Positions 11,684 through 24,680 of a stretch of 64,000 nucleotides of DNA are shown here, piece after piece. The stretch is taken from NCBI RefSeq assembly GCF_009914755.1, contig NC_060932.1. The stretch is one strand, 5' to 3'. A program made the translations under genes and the position numbers. Source of the DNA: the human T2T-CHM13v2.0 reference genome, Homo sapiens. The notes under the pieces are model-generated. The model was not told where the DNA came from. It saw only the letters and a program-made list of their open reading frames with translations, and did no database searches. Each line of letters opens with the position of its first letter. The first letter of the stretch is position 1.

Positions 11684-14136
11684 AAGCAATTGCTTTCTAA
11701 ATTTAAATTTCTGATTGCTTATTCATAATATACAAAGTTACGATTATTTATATATTGCTTTTATTCTTCGGCCTTGTTAAACTCACTTATTAATTTTAGA
11801 AGATGATTTTATAGACACCAGTAAATGTTTTACATATGTTATCATGTTCTCTGGGAATAAAGACAGCTTTACTTCTTTCTTTGGAATCTGTATACCTGTA
11901 ATTTCTTTTCATGTATTTTTACAATGACTAGAACATCCAGTAAAATGTTGAACAGAAGGGGTTAGCATGAGCATCTTTGCCTTTCTCCTCATCGCTGGAA
12001 AAAATGTTCAATTTTTACATCTTTATCTATGATGTTTTAGGAAGTTTGTTTTCCCTTTATTTGCTGAATGTTTTTTTTTTTAAATGAGGAATAGATGTTG
12101 TATTTTCTCAAATAGTTTTTATGTAACTATGGAGATGATCATACAGCTCTTTCTTTATTCTGTTGAGATACTGACATATACTTGTTAGTCTTTTACTGTT
12201 AAACCAACCTTGCATTCTTAGAATAAGCTACTGGGTCATATAACTTTTGTATGTCTTTGCTAAAATTTTGTTATTAATAACTCCATTGACATTCATAAGA
12301 GTTATTAATCTGGGCTTTTATTTATTTATAGTGTCCTTGTCTGATTTTGGTTATGGGGAAACCAAATAGAATTAGTTGTGAAGTATTTCCTCCTCTTCAA
12401 TTATTTTGGAAAAATTTATATTGAATAGGTTTTAAATATAAAGTTAAATTTATTAATGACCATTTGGGCTACAATGTGAGCTTTGGTAGTTTGTGTATTT
12501 AAAATAGCTGTCAATTTCACCTACGTTATGGGATTTTTGACATAATGTTTTAATATTCTCTTATTAACTTTTAAAAATATCTGTAATCTGTATCCATTTT
12601 AAACCTTTTACTCCTGATGTTGGGAATTTGTTTCCACTTTTTCAGTTGGATAAATATGGCTAGATGTTTATCAGGTTTCATGATTTTGATCAAAAAATTG
12701 ACTTCTGGTTTTATTAATTTTATCTATTTTTGTATTCTATTTCATTGATTTTCACTCTGATCTTTATTATTTCTTTATTCTGCTTACTTTGCTTTGAATT
12801 TGGCCTTATTTGTCTAGATTTTCAAGATGTAATCTGAGGTCATTGATTTGAGACCATTCTTTTTATCATATGAAAGCATTTAGTGGTATAAATTTTTCTC
12901 TATGCATTGTCAGCACCCGACAAATTCTGATATGTTTGCCATTACTTTTATGCAGTTCACAATGATATCTGACTTCTATTTTGATTATTTCATTGAGTCA
13001 TCCTTAGAAACATGTTATTTACTTTCCAAATATGTTGAATTTGAGGATTTTCCAGATACCATTCTGTAACTGAGTTAGTACCATGGTGCCAATTAACATA
13101 CTTTGTATGATATCAAAGTGTTATTTATTGAGATTCGTTTTATAGGACAGGGCATAGTAATGTTGGTAAGTTCCATGTGCACATGAAAAGATTGTGAATT
13201 CTGCTATTGTTGGGCAGAGTTTTCTAAATTGTCAATCAAGTCATGTTGGTTGATAGTGTTTTGCAAGTCTTCTAAAATCTTAGTGATTTTCTATCTACTT
13301 GCCTTATTAATTACTGAGAATGGAGTACTGTAATATTCATCTGTAAGTGTGGATTTGCCCATCTCTTCTTTCAATTCTTCATGTTTTTGAAACCCATATT
13401 TTGCTAAGTGGCTAAAAGCTTAAGATTGTTAGGTTCTCTTGATGAAGTTATCCCTTTATCATTATAAAATGAACTTCTTTATTATTATGAAATGATAATA
13501 TTCTGTGCTTTGAAATCTACATTGTCTTTTATTGATATAGCTACTTCGGACTTTTGATTAGTGTTTGCATGATAAATCTTTTTTCATTCATTTTTGACCT
13601 ATGAGTGTGTTCATTTTTGCCTGTGTTTGTTGTGGGCAGCACGTAGTTGGTCCTTATGACATTTTAATCTAGTTTATCAATCTCTGATTTTAATTAGGGT
13701 ATTTATGTTATTTATACTTAATATAATGATTGATGTTTTGGTTAAAATTGAGCATCTTTCTTTTTGTTTTATATTTGTCCTGTCTGATCTTTCCCCACAT
13801 TTTCTTCTTTTTCCCTGCATTTATTTGGTTACTTAAATTTTTTTAGGATCACAGGTTGTCTCCTCCATGTTTCCAGATGTTTAACTTTGTGTATTCTTCA
13901 ATAATATCCTGCTTATATGGTTTTAATTCTTCCTGTGATAACTGCATGCTAGATTGACTGTGAGCAGCCCTTCTTATAGGTAGTCTTAGCAACAATCATC
14001 TGTAGAATAAAGGTTTTTCTCATCTTCCCTCTTTTCCCTCAAGACATATTTTAAAAATTTTTGGATAATTTCTTTTGATTTTACTTATATTTTCTAAATA
14101 TTCAATAATATATTTCCATTGAGTGTAATTTTATAG

Positions 14137-14400
14137 TTGAGACAGGTCTTACTCTGACACCCAGGCCAGAGTGCAGCAGCCTGATCACAGCCCACTGCAG
14201 CCTTGACCTCCCCAGGTTCAGGTGATTCTCCCACCTCAGCCTCTCAAGTAGCTGGGACTACAGGTGCACACTACCACACCCGACTGATTTTTGTATTTTT
14301 TGTACAGATGAGGTTTTTGTACATTATTCAACCCATTTTGCTCAGTTTGGTCTTGAACTCCTGGGCTTAAGTGATAGACCCACTTTGGCCTCCCAAAGAG
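14137..14400 (-). mobile_element. AluJ (old Alu), truncated
   Basis: 'gatcacagcccactgcagccttgacctcc' and 'gaactcctgggcttaagtga' are AluJ-type; highly diverged. Confidence 0.85.
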
Positions 14401-14529
14401 CAGACAAATGTTAATTTAATCAAAGTTGGGAATAAAGCAAAAGGTTTATGAAAACATAATGGCACCTAGCTTTTCAGTGTATTCTTTGCACATTTTCTGA
14501 GTAAATCAACTGAATTATAACCTGCTAAG

Positions 14530-15235
14530 TTCCCTCTTGGCTACATTCAGTTCCTTAGCTAGAGGACACTTGAGCATATCAAGGGTGTTCAGACCTATTC
14601 TGAGCTCTAAGATAAAGTATGTTAGACAGTCAGTGGGAACTTAAAGGGCAGACTAGTACCTGAGTTAGGGAATCAGGCTCTGGCAGGCAAGACTGCTCCT
14701 GGACAGTGGTTGGGAGGGGATGCAATAGAGTTACATGGCTGTTTCAAGATCTGCCAAGGTTGGTAGGCCTGCAAAGGCACAGACAATCATGCTTCCTGCT
14801 GGTTTGAAAAGAGTAGTACTACTCCCAGAGCAGAGCTGAGAGGATCTGGAGTTGAGTTTCAGGGCTGTTGTATTGTCACAGCTGGGACCAAGGTCAGTGG
14901 GCCTGTCACCTGAGGCATGTGAGGGCATGGCTCCTTCTAGTTCCCTTGGTGGATAGTTCTGATGGCAAGACAAAGGTCAAATGGGGATGTAGCTGAGTAT
15001 ATAAGAGACCATTTCTGGATCTGGAGCCAGGACTATGCTTTAGGCCTGCCAAAGGGTGTGCCTCTGCCTTCTCAAGATGACCTGCTTAGGTTTTGGGCTC
15101 CACTGGGGTTTTATAACCTCCTACCTGAATCCCAAAGTTCCAACAAGGCAGTTTTGTTTGTGAATGGCTGAAAATGTTGCTATGGTGGAATATGAGTGGG
15201 AATCTCATATTCTGCTATCTTGCTGATGTCCTTGG
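14530..15235 (-). mobile_element. Probable 5'UTR of an old L1M
   Basis: Minus strand begins 'gacatcagcaagatagcagaatatg', a YY1-like aagatgg start typical of L1M 5' ends. Confidence 0.5.
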
Positions 15236-15239
15236 TGAC

Positions 15240-15725
15240 TTTTAAAAGTATGCAAAAATGGACAATCTATGGAGTCCAGTCAAAACTTACAGAGATAATC
15301 CACATTCAAGTAGTTTTTGAGTGTGCTTTTGTCAATTTTTGGCTTTGCCAAAAAGCAAGCTTCTGCTATAAGTTGCATGGCTATGGTAGCTAAAACACAG
15401 GTGTAAACCTCACCCCATAGACTTTCTTTCTGGCTAGGAAAGACAGGGAAAAGAGACCTTGTAGGTCAGAAGGTGAGGCAAAAAATATTAAAAAGAGAAG
15501 ACAGAAAAAGTAAATCACTGTTTTTACCAAGGTTTTTTTTTTTTTTGGTAGTTCATTCTTGAAGAAACTTTTCTCAAGTGGAGACACATGCCTTGAGAAA
15601 TAGACACATCTATTTCCAAAGTCCTGAAAGAATTGTTTTTGTCAAATTTGTCCAGTTTTAGCATTGGTTTTTGGAAAAAGGATTTGTTAAGCCCCTTACT
15701 CAGCCAATCCAGAAGTAACATCAAC
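15240..15725 (-). mobile_element. Probable L1ME/L1MD-type 5'UTR fragment
   Basis: Minus strand reads 'acttctggattggctgagtaagggg...aaaactggacaaatttgacaaaaacaattctttcaggactttggaaat'. Confidence 0.45.
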
Positions 15726-16376
15726 ATTTAACAGTCAAAAGAAAAGGAACCTGTTGGGAAGGAAGTTACAATAAAGATACCCATACTTGCTAACAAAAAT
15801 GAAGAGAAGGTACTAAAAACAGTATTAACATACTACTATATTGAATTGTTTTGGAAAGAGAAAAATTGGCGATTTAAAAACTGGAACATAGGGAAAATGG
15901 GTGCCTGGAAGAATGTCATTATTCAACCTAAAGGAAGGAGAAGGCCCATCAAATCTAGTATTGTGTGCATGATTTTTATGGTCTAAGCAATGAAAGCAAT
16001 TAACATCAGGGAAATGCATCACTGGCTATTTGTATCTTTATTCTTGTGATCCCCTTGAGCTCTTTCAGATCTGTCGATTGCTTTTGTGCATCACCAGTTC
16101 CTGATTAAAAAGGGATAAATGATGCAAGTGAAAACTGCACGTGTAAAAATTATGTATACTACTTCTGTCCATTTTCTTCATGTTCATTTCCCTTTAGCTT
16201 TTTAGTCATAAATGGTGGAAACGTAACAGGAAATTGTGAACAATGAAAAATTGTCCTCAGAATAAATTGGTTGTAAAATAGTAATTTATGAGAGCACATT
16301 AAGAAAACCGTGGTTCTATAGTCTTGAATAATGACTACAGGGAAAAGATTTGGAGTTGGAGAGATTCACTTATTAT

Positions 16377-16940
16377 TTCATTCATTCAACAAATACTTAC
16401 TGAGCTGTTACCAAGGGCCATGCATTGCTGGGGATACAGCAGAGGACAGTAGAGACAAACTCCCCTGTGTTTCTCAATATGACATTCTAGTTGGGGGAGA
16501 CAGGTTATAATCATGGTAAGTTTGTAAATTATATAATATACCAGAGGGTATCAGTTTTATGGCCAAACATTAAATAGGATGTGGGGACAAGAAACAGTGT
16601 GAAGTTCTGCAATTTTGAGTAGTATAGACATGGTAGACCCCACCAAGCAATAATTTGAAGAGTGGAGGAAGCAAGCCATGTGAGCATCTAGGCAAAGAAC
16701 ATGCCAGGCAAAAGGAAAGACAAGTAAAAAGGAAGAAGATTACTTGTCATGTTAAAAAAACAAGGTAAGAGTGACAGTAGATTGAGCAAGGAGAAGAGTA
16801 GAGGAGATGAGGTCAGAGGACCAATAGATCAGGTTATGCAGCACTCTGAAGGTTAACTCAGAGAGTCTGGTTTTTACTATATATAAGATAGGGAGCAATT
16901 GGATAGAGAAATAACGAGATCTAATATTGATTCAAAAAGC
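16377..16940 (-). mobile_element. L2 LINE 3' end
   Basis: 'ttcattcattcaacaaatacttactgagc' is the reverse complement of the L2 3' terminus, followed by purine-rich antisense L2 body. Confidence 0.8.
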
Positions 16941-18513
16941 TGATTACAAGATCTGTGTGTTTTTAGGAAAACGATTAGGACGTTGAGTGATGAGTTGGCA
17001 TCAGTTAAATGCCATTCTTTTAGTCTTCTGTTCACACAGATGTTACTGCCGATATTAGATCTACAGGGTCAAGTCCCAGATTGTTAGCATGACATTCAAG
17101 GCTCATCTTGATAGGACACCTACAACCACTTTTCAGCCTCATCACTTGTTTCTTAACTACCAATGCGCTCTTATCATCCCTATCTCACCACCCCACGTCT
17201 CAAATATATTAAATGTGCTGGGCAGGCAAATAATACATTTTGATGTTGCTGTTTCTACCTACCTAGAATGCTTTTATTTGTCTCTGGAATTCCTATTTCT
17301 TCTGGTTAGCATAACACTTATCACATTTTATTACAACTGGTCATATTCCTATGTCTCTCCTTGAATCCTTAACAACAATACTGACTACAAGCTCTATGTG
17401 AGTCCATTGCAATGAATACAATAGGAACAAATCTAATCATCTGATTCAAGTTAAGGAATGTTTACATTTAGGCTAAAACTAATTTCAGAAAAAAAGAAGG
17501 CAGTTTAAAGCAAAAACCTTTATTTCAAAGGATTTGTCATGGTGATAAACTGAAAAACTTTATTGAGAGGTAGGTAAGGTACTAGGAAAGTAATGGGTAT
17601 TGCAAAAACATAGGCCAAGAATGCCTTTTATTCAATATGCTTATTATTACTTGATATTACAGTGTACATTTATTTACATTTTGCTCTCTACCAGGATGAA
17701 ATCTCCATTAGAGCAGAGACTTTGCCTTTTGCACTGCCATGCTTGCATTTCTTAAAATATCTAGGTGCTTGGTAAATATTTGTTAAATGAACAAATAATC
17801 ACTTTAAGTGAACTTTAAATTTAGATATGAGCTTTTTCTTTATCATGAAGAATTATTATTATTTTTTGCTGGTAAAAGGAGCTGTAATAAAGTTTTCAAG
17901 AAAAATTAACTCTTTGGCTTGAGTTAATTCTTAGAGGAGTTATCTCAATCTTACAGAGTCTTACCTAGGGATTATTGGTAAAGATAATGATCAATGTATT
18001 TAAGAACAGGTATATAAAAATTTCAAAAGTGTTCTTCAGGTTATTACTGTTTACAGTGATCCAAATTAAAAGCCAATACAATGGCTACCATTCACATTAT
18101 ATTAATTACTTATATTAATTATAATCATATAACTAATAATATTAACTTTTAATTCCAAATAATGTTAACTTTTAACTCTAAGAAAACTAAAAAAAATAAC
18201 TCATAAGTAAGTTTCTGGTTAATATAACTTGGGGAAAAATAGACTCTAGAGCCATGTGATAATGGGCAAGACCTTGAGTCTGTAGTTTTATTTCTCTGAA
18301 AGGATAAATATTGACCTCACAGTTTACTAGTGTCTTTTCCTCATTCATCAATCTTTTATTATTATTTTTAGACTATAGATTGGAACCAGTTTCCCAGCTA
18401 ACAGTTAATTTTCTGGCCCTGTGTGCTGAGTTTATTTGTACTTTTACCACAGCCTTGGCACTGCTGCAGCACAATGGAAATTCTGTGAGAGTCACTTTAT
18501 CATGCTTCATACT

Positions 18514-18912
18514 TGATACGGTTTGGATCTGTGTCCCCATCCAAATCTCATGTCAAATTGTAATCCTTAATGTTGGAGGTGGGGCCCGGTGGGAGGTGAT
18601 TGGATCATGAGGGTGGCTATGCCTTTTAGTGCTGTTCTTGTGATAATAAGTGAGTTCTCATGAGATCTGGTTCTTTAAAGGTGTATGGAACCTCCTCTCT
18701 CTCTGTTTTCCTCCTGCTCCAGCCATGTGAAGTGCTGACTCCCCACTTTTGCCTTCTTCCATAATTGGAAGTTCCCAAAGGCCTCCCCAGAAGCAGAAGC
18801 TGCTATGATTCCTGTATAGCCTATGTAACCATGATCCAATTAAATCTTTTTTAAAAATATAAATTACCCAGTCTCAGATATTTTTTATAGCAGTACAAGA
18901 ATAGACTAATGC
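18514..18912 (+). mobile_element. MSTA-like MaLR 5' LTR
   Basis: 'tgatacggtttggatctgtgtccccatccaaatctcatg...gactaatgca' followed by 'gaaaattggtact'. Confidence 0.92.
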
Positions 18913-19957
18913 AGAAAATTGGTACTGAGGAACAGGGCATTGCTATAAAGATACCTGAAAATGTGGAAGTGACTTCGGAATAGGGTAACAGGCAGAGGTT
19001 GGAAGAATGTGGAAAGATGAGAAGAAGACAGGGAGATGAGGGAAAGTTTGGAATTTCCTAGAGACTAGTTGAATTGTCGTGATCAAAATGCTGATAATGA
19101 TATAGACAGTGAAGTCAAAGTTGAAGAGGTCTCATGGAAATGAGGAACTTATTGGGAACTGGAGCAAAGATTGTGCATGTTATGTTTTAGCAAAGAACTT
19201 GGAGACATTGTGCCCCTGCCCTAGGGATCTGTGGAACTTTGAACTTGAGAGTGGAACAAATTTCTAAGAAGCAAAGCATTCAAGAAGCAGTCTGGCTGCT
19301 TCTAACAGCCTATGCTAATATGCATGAGCAAAGAAATTACTTAAAACTGGAATTTACACTTAAAGGAGAAGCAGAGCATAAACGTTTAAAAACTTTGTGG
19401 CCTGGCCCTGTGGTAAAAATGAAAAGCCAATTTTCAGGTGAGGAATTCAAGCAGGTTGCAGAAATTGGCATAAGTAAAGAGGAACCAAGTGCTAATAGCC
19501 AAGAAAAAAGGGCAAGGGGCCTTGAAGTCATTTCAGAGACTTTTGAAGCAGCCCCTCCCATCACAGGCCCAGAGGCCTAGGAGGGAAAAATGCTTTCATG
19601 GTCCAGGCACAGAGCCCTTCTGCCCTGCACAGCCTTGGGATGCTTCTTCCTGCACCCCAGCCATTCCAGCTCTGGCCATGGCTAAAATGGGTCCAGGTAT
19701 AAAATGGGTCCTGGACCACTGTTTCAGAGGGTTCAAGCCAGGGGCCTTCATGGTTTCCATGTGTTGTTAACCCTGCAAGTACACAGAATGCAAGAGTTGA
19801 AGATTGGGAGCCTCTTCCTAAATTTCAGAGGATGTATGAAAAAGGTTGGATGTCCAGGCAGAAGCCTACTGCAGGGACAGGGCCCTCAGGCAAAACCTCT
19901 GCTAGGACAGTGTAGAGAAAAAATGTGAAGCTACAAGCCCCACACAGACTCCCCACA
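18913..19957 (+). mobile_element. MST internal sequence, deleted at its 3' end
   Basis: Homologous to 3519-4967; decayed MaLR-int ORF pieces at 19239..19580 and 19489..19770. Confidence 0.9.
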
Positions 19958-19974
19958 CAGATCTCACAAGTAAA

Positions 19975-20229
19975 TTCTTGTGAGATCTGGTAATTTAAAA
20001 GTGTGTGGCACCTCCCCTTTCTCTATCTTTCTCCTGCTCCTGCCATGTAAAGTGCTGACTCCCCTCTTTTGCCTTTGCCATAATTGGAAGCTCCTTGAGG
20101 CCTCCCCAGAAGCAGAAGCAGCTACGCTTTCTCTGTAGTCTGCAAAACCATGAGCTAATTAAAGTTCTTTTCTTTATAAATTACCCAGTCTCAGATATTT
20201 CTTTATAGCAGTATGAGAATGGACTAACA
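19975..20229 (+). mobile_element. MST 3' LTR, 5'-truncated
   Basis: Closely matches 18655-18912 ('gagatctgg...gcctccccagaagcagaagc...ttacccagtctcagata...ggactaa'). Confidence 0.9.
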
Positions 20230-20230
20230 C

Positions 20231-20281
<51 letters not shown>

Positions 20282-20432
20282 GCATGTATATATATATAGT
20301 ATTGAAGTGAAATGAAAAATATATATGTGCATGTATATAATACATAGATATGGATGATATATGCATGTGTGTGTATTTGTGTGTGTGTGTATATATACAT
20401 ACACACACATATATGCACAGACATATGTATAT

Positions 20433-20499
<67 letters not shown>

Positions 20500-20506
20500 T
20501 ATATAT
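20231..20506. repeat. Compound (TA)n/(CA)n/(TG)n microsatellite
   Basis: Directly visible alternating purine-pyrimidine tracts. Confidence 0.97.
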
Positions 20507-20594
20507 GAATTCCAACAGATAATCCCAGGATACTTAAGGAAAAGGACAATTATAAGACCTTCGTGAGGAGTGTGTTCTCTTGATTCTGCCACAG

Positions 20595-21175
20595 GAGTAG
20601 ACTTTTATTATTTTGCCTACCACATGCCTTATCAATCTTTTGAGAACAATGTTCTGATTTTGCTTTGGGAGGATAGTCCTTCCTTTTCTGGTCCACATGC
20701 ATAAGGTAAACAAGGCTGACTTTATCCCCCTCCCCTGCCCATACAATCCCCTCCACCCAGATTCCAGATGCGTAGGCCTTGACTGAGCTATGCTGTCAAT
20801 GCATACAGCACCCCCAGCCATGGAAACCCGTTCAGGAGTTGAGAAGTGATCCAGTTCAGGCCATTCACTGTCACCATGACTCAGTTCTCTGACTCCTGTC
20901 AGCACTCTCTGGGAAGTGCTGGAACAGATGCTGGGGCATTGATAACCTGAAGCTATTTCAGGAGTCACCAGGAAGAACCCATAATGTGTCCCACCGAGAG
21001 GAACTAGAGAGAAAAGTGGAACTTGTGACACCGCTTGGACCCTGAATCATGATTTAGGTAAAGCCAGGTCTAATCCTGGACATTTTACCTTACGTGAGCA
21101 CCCACTCCCCTTTTTCTTAGCTGGTTTGAATCAGGTTTTCTTCCCCTAGCAACTGACAGCATTTTAACTGATGCA
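20595..21175 (+). mobile_element. MLT1K-like MaLR LTR
   Basis: 3' end 'ggacattttaccttacgtgagc...ctggtttgaatcaggttttc...gcaactgacagcattttaactgatgca'. Confidence 0.6.
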
Positions 21176-21359
21176 GACACTAACCAGTTTCATGACTGTG
21201 GACCCATCAGATTATCTGCCCATATTTCCACTAAATGAAAATAATAATTTCTGTCCAAAAGTAGTACAGGCTGTAGAAAAGTATTTGAATAGACTATTAA
21301 TTTACATATACATTAAAACTGATGCCTGATTTTTCTGGCCACCAAACATTTCTTGTACA

Positions 21360-21479
21360 TAGTTGTCCCTCAGTATCCATGAAGGACTGGTTCTGGGACC
21401 CCCTCACATATCAAAATTCACAGATGCTCAAGTCCCACAGGTGGCCCTGCAGACATGGAGATATGGAGGGATGACTGTA
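21360..21479. mobile_element. MER2-like Tc1/mariner-Tigger MITE, internally deleted
   Basis: TIR-like ends 'agttgtccctcagtat' and 'atatggagggatgactg'+TA; internal 'aaaattcacagatgctcaagtccc'. Confidence 0.75.
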
Positions 21480-22109
21480 TTTCATTCTCTTGATGCACTG
21501 TTTGCTGTTCTCATATGCCTGAAATACACATCCACATGCTATCATTTATCTGTATTCAACTCTATGTTAGAAACTTTTAGGGCTGGCTGGGGACATATAA
21601 AAAATGAATGTTGTCACCTTCAACAGCTTTAAGTGAAGATTAACATTTGGAGGTATATGTAAAAAAAGCAATTGCTAGCTGGAAGATAAATTAAGCACTA
21701 AAAAAATGTTCATTGGAAGATAAAAGTTGCCTTTTTGAAAAAAAGAGATTTCACGTCATGCACTCATTACATATTATCTCATTTATTTATTGTCAAATGT
21801 ATAACAAGTGTATGTGATCTCTACTTTATAGATAAGGAAATTAACATGATGAGGGTTTGAATAATGTTATATAGCTCATATGTGATTGCGTAAGAGTTCA
21901 AACCTTTTGTCTAAGCCTAGAATCTATGCTTTTTATAACTTTTGCCTTGAAGGATAAGGAAGATGTGGGAATTCAGAGGAGGTATAAAGGGAAGTCTGGA
22001 AGAAATGACCTGTGGATCTTTCCTAAGCTCCAGGTCTTAATTAGCACTGGTGTAGTCTGGGTAGCCTCTACACCACCTATAACCAGTCTTGATGTAAGAC
22101 AGGTGAATT

Positions 22110-22468
<359 letters not shown>

Positions 22469-23487
22469 TTACTCACTGAACATTTAAGACTATTCATAGT
22501 ACAAGCACGTTTGCAATTTACAGGGTGCCCAGAGCTCCAATGAAATGTCCAAATCTAAATAATGTGAAGGCTCTGAAGAGCTCAGAATGGAGAAATGTGC
22601 ATCCCTTCCATTTTATCTTACTAATATTATCAGGAAAGCCATTTAAATTCATATGCAATCTGAAATACATACAGTTTACACCTGAAGTCTTTGACTGTGG
22701 TTTTATATTTGAAGCTTACTTTTCCCATTGCAGATACAAAAAAACAAAAAAAACAAAAAAAAAAACAAAAGAATCATACAAGGTTTTACAGATTCAACTG
22801 TCATATAAAAGCCAACTTTGGAGTGGCATACCTGTTAATTGCCATGTTTCTCTACTGTGATTAATTTAGAGAGGCTATAGTTCCTAAATATAACATATTG
22901 AGTGCTGTGGTTTCAGGAATAGGATTTATAGGAGGTAGAGTTAAGATGAGCACATATGAAGAGAAAAGAGTTAACATTTAAAGACTTATGACCTGTCAAG
23001 CACAAAGCTTAGTTTGCAAACATTGTATCAGTAGATTCTCGTAACAATCTTCTGAAATAACAGTTTTTATCTTCATCTCACAGATGAGGCTCAGAGGGGT
23101 AAGCAATCTTTGCAAAATTACAATTTATACAGAAAGGCTAGCATATTTTTAATACTTTACATGTGCTAGGTGCCCTGCTAAGTGCATTGCGGGGTCTGAT
23201 ACAATCCTCAGTACACTGATATAATCCTCTCCTTGCAAATAGGAAGCCAGGCTGCAAATAGGAACCCAGATAAAAAACTGCTCAAGATATCACAGGGATA
23301 ACATTAGGGGGTATGCAACTAAGAAGTTGGCTTTTATATAAAAGTTGCATTTGTAAAACCTTATATGCTTCTTTTTTTTGTATCTGCAATGGGAAAAGTA
23401 AGATTCAAATATAGAAACTAGCTTAGAGGACTTCAGGTGTAAATTGTCAGAATTTGAACCTAGCACTGGTGGACTCAACAATATCAG

Positions 23488-24270
23488 TCAGGGTACTCTA
23501 TTTGTCCCAACATCTCCACTTTTTAGAGGCCCTTTTGTAAAATCATCAGGTGAAATTCATAGATAATATAACCAGTTACACATATAATTTCAAGAAAAGC
23601 CAACAGAAAGACTTGAATGTAGTATATAAAATAAAGTTTTAATAAAACAAAATCTTTAATCCAATACATAATATATGCTACTGGATTATAAATATTTTAC
23701 AATGTACACAGAAATTTTTTATTATTGTAATTATTTTATCTGTGATTACTGACGTATGAATATTCTAGAAGGCTTAACACATTGTCAGATGTTTCCAGGA
23801 TCACAGGCTCACCAGAATATGACAGCTACAAACACATTGTATCTGAGTGTATTATCTTGGCAACTCAAATATCACAAATTCATTACTGTTGGTGATTTTC
23901 TCAGTGGGGAACAGACTGTAGTAACATTCTAAAAATAACAAAATATTTTCTCATTTTGCATGGTAGCTGCATTCCTGGACAATTATGTTTATTTTAGTAC
24001 CATGAAAATTACAATCGTGTGTGTGCATGTGTGTGTGTAATAATTAAAAGCATTTGTTAAAAAGTACAGAGTAGAAACTTTGAAAATGATATGGAGTGAG
24101 AAACAGTTTTTTTATGTGAGGGGCTGTCTCTGGCAATGCAGAACACCAGCATCCTGATTTTCACATATAAAATATTGATCACTATGCCCAATTTGGGAGA
24201 TAAATGAAAATGTTCACTATACCTTTCTAAAATTCATTTTGGAGAGTTGTCCCCTTTTGAGAATCACTGT
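23488..24270. mobile_element. Probable hAT-Charlie-type DNA transposon relic(s)
   Basis: 'tgtgaggggctgtctctggcaatgcagaac...agcatcctg' and terminal 'ttgagaatcactg' resemble MER3/MER20/MER5-type ends. Confidence 0.4.
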
Positions 24271-24514
24271 CATCAAGTTATCAAATACTGAATCTATCTG
24301 ACTCCCTCATGAATGCAAAACCATAACAGGTGAGACTTGAAGAGATTGAAGAGTAGGCAGACTTCTCCTTAACTGAGCCAGTATTTCTTAAATATCAATC
24401 ATTTCTTTGTCATATTTAGGATATTTGCCTTATATGCAAAACACTGATATTTAGTATTTCTCTTTTAACTGATTCACTTTTTACTATAAAATTTTCACTT
24501 TAAAAATGAACATC

Positions 24515-24680
24515 TGGGGGGAGGGGGGAGGGATAGCAATTAGGAGATATACCTAATGCTAAACGATGAGTTAATGGGTGCAGCACACCAACATGGCACA
24601 TGTATACATATGTAACAAACCTGCACATTGTGCACATGTACCCTAAAACTTAAAGTATAATAATAATAAAATTTAAAAAA
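24515..24680 (+). mobile_element. Very short 5'-truncated L1PA (3'UTR only) with TSD
   Basis: G-rich tract followed by 'ggagatatacctaatgctaaa...ccctaaaacttaaagtataataat'; TSD aaaaatgaacatc at 24502-24514 and 24676-24688 at a TT/AAAA site. Confidence 0.95.

Larger units (their letters stand above)
9709..13850 (-). mobile_element. Old mammalian LINE-1 (L1M) ORF2 body with nested insertions
   Basis: Minus ORF 9732..9977 ([24 protein letters not shown]) is the L1 ORF2 C-terminal region; T-rich antisense L1M-like sequence resumes at ~11685 after the nested elements. Confidence 0.8.

Noticed and set aside
20174-20592. Several >100-aa Y/I/C/V-rich ORFs (also at 33845-34650 and 44857-45306)
   Set aside because: Artefacts of (TA)n/(CA)n repeats.
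20534-21031. 165-aa minus-strand ORF
   Set aside because: Lies within an MLT1-like LTR; no recognisable domain or exon structure.
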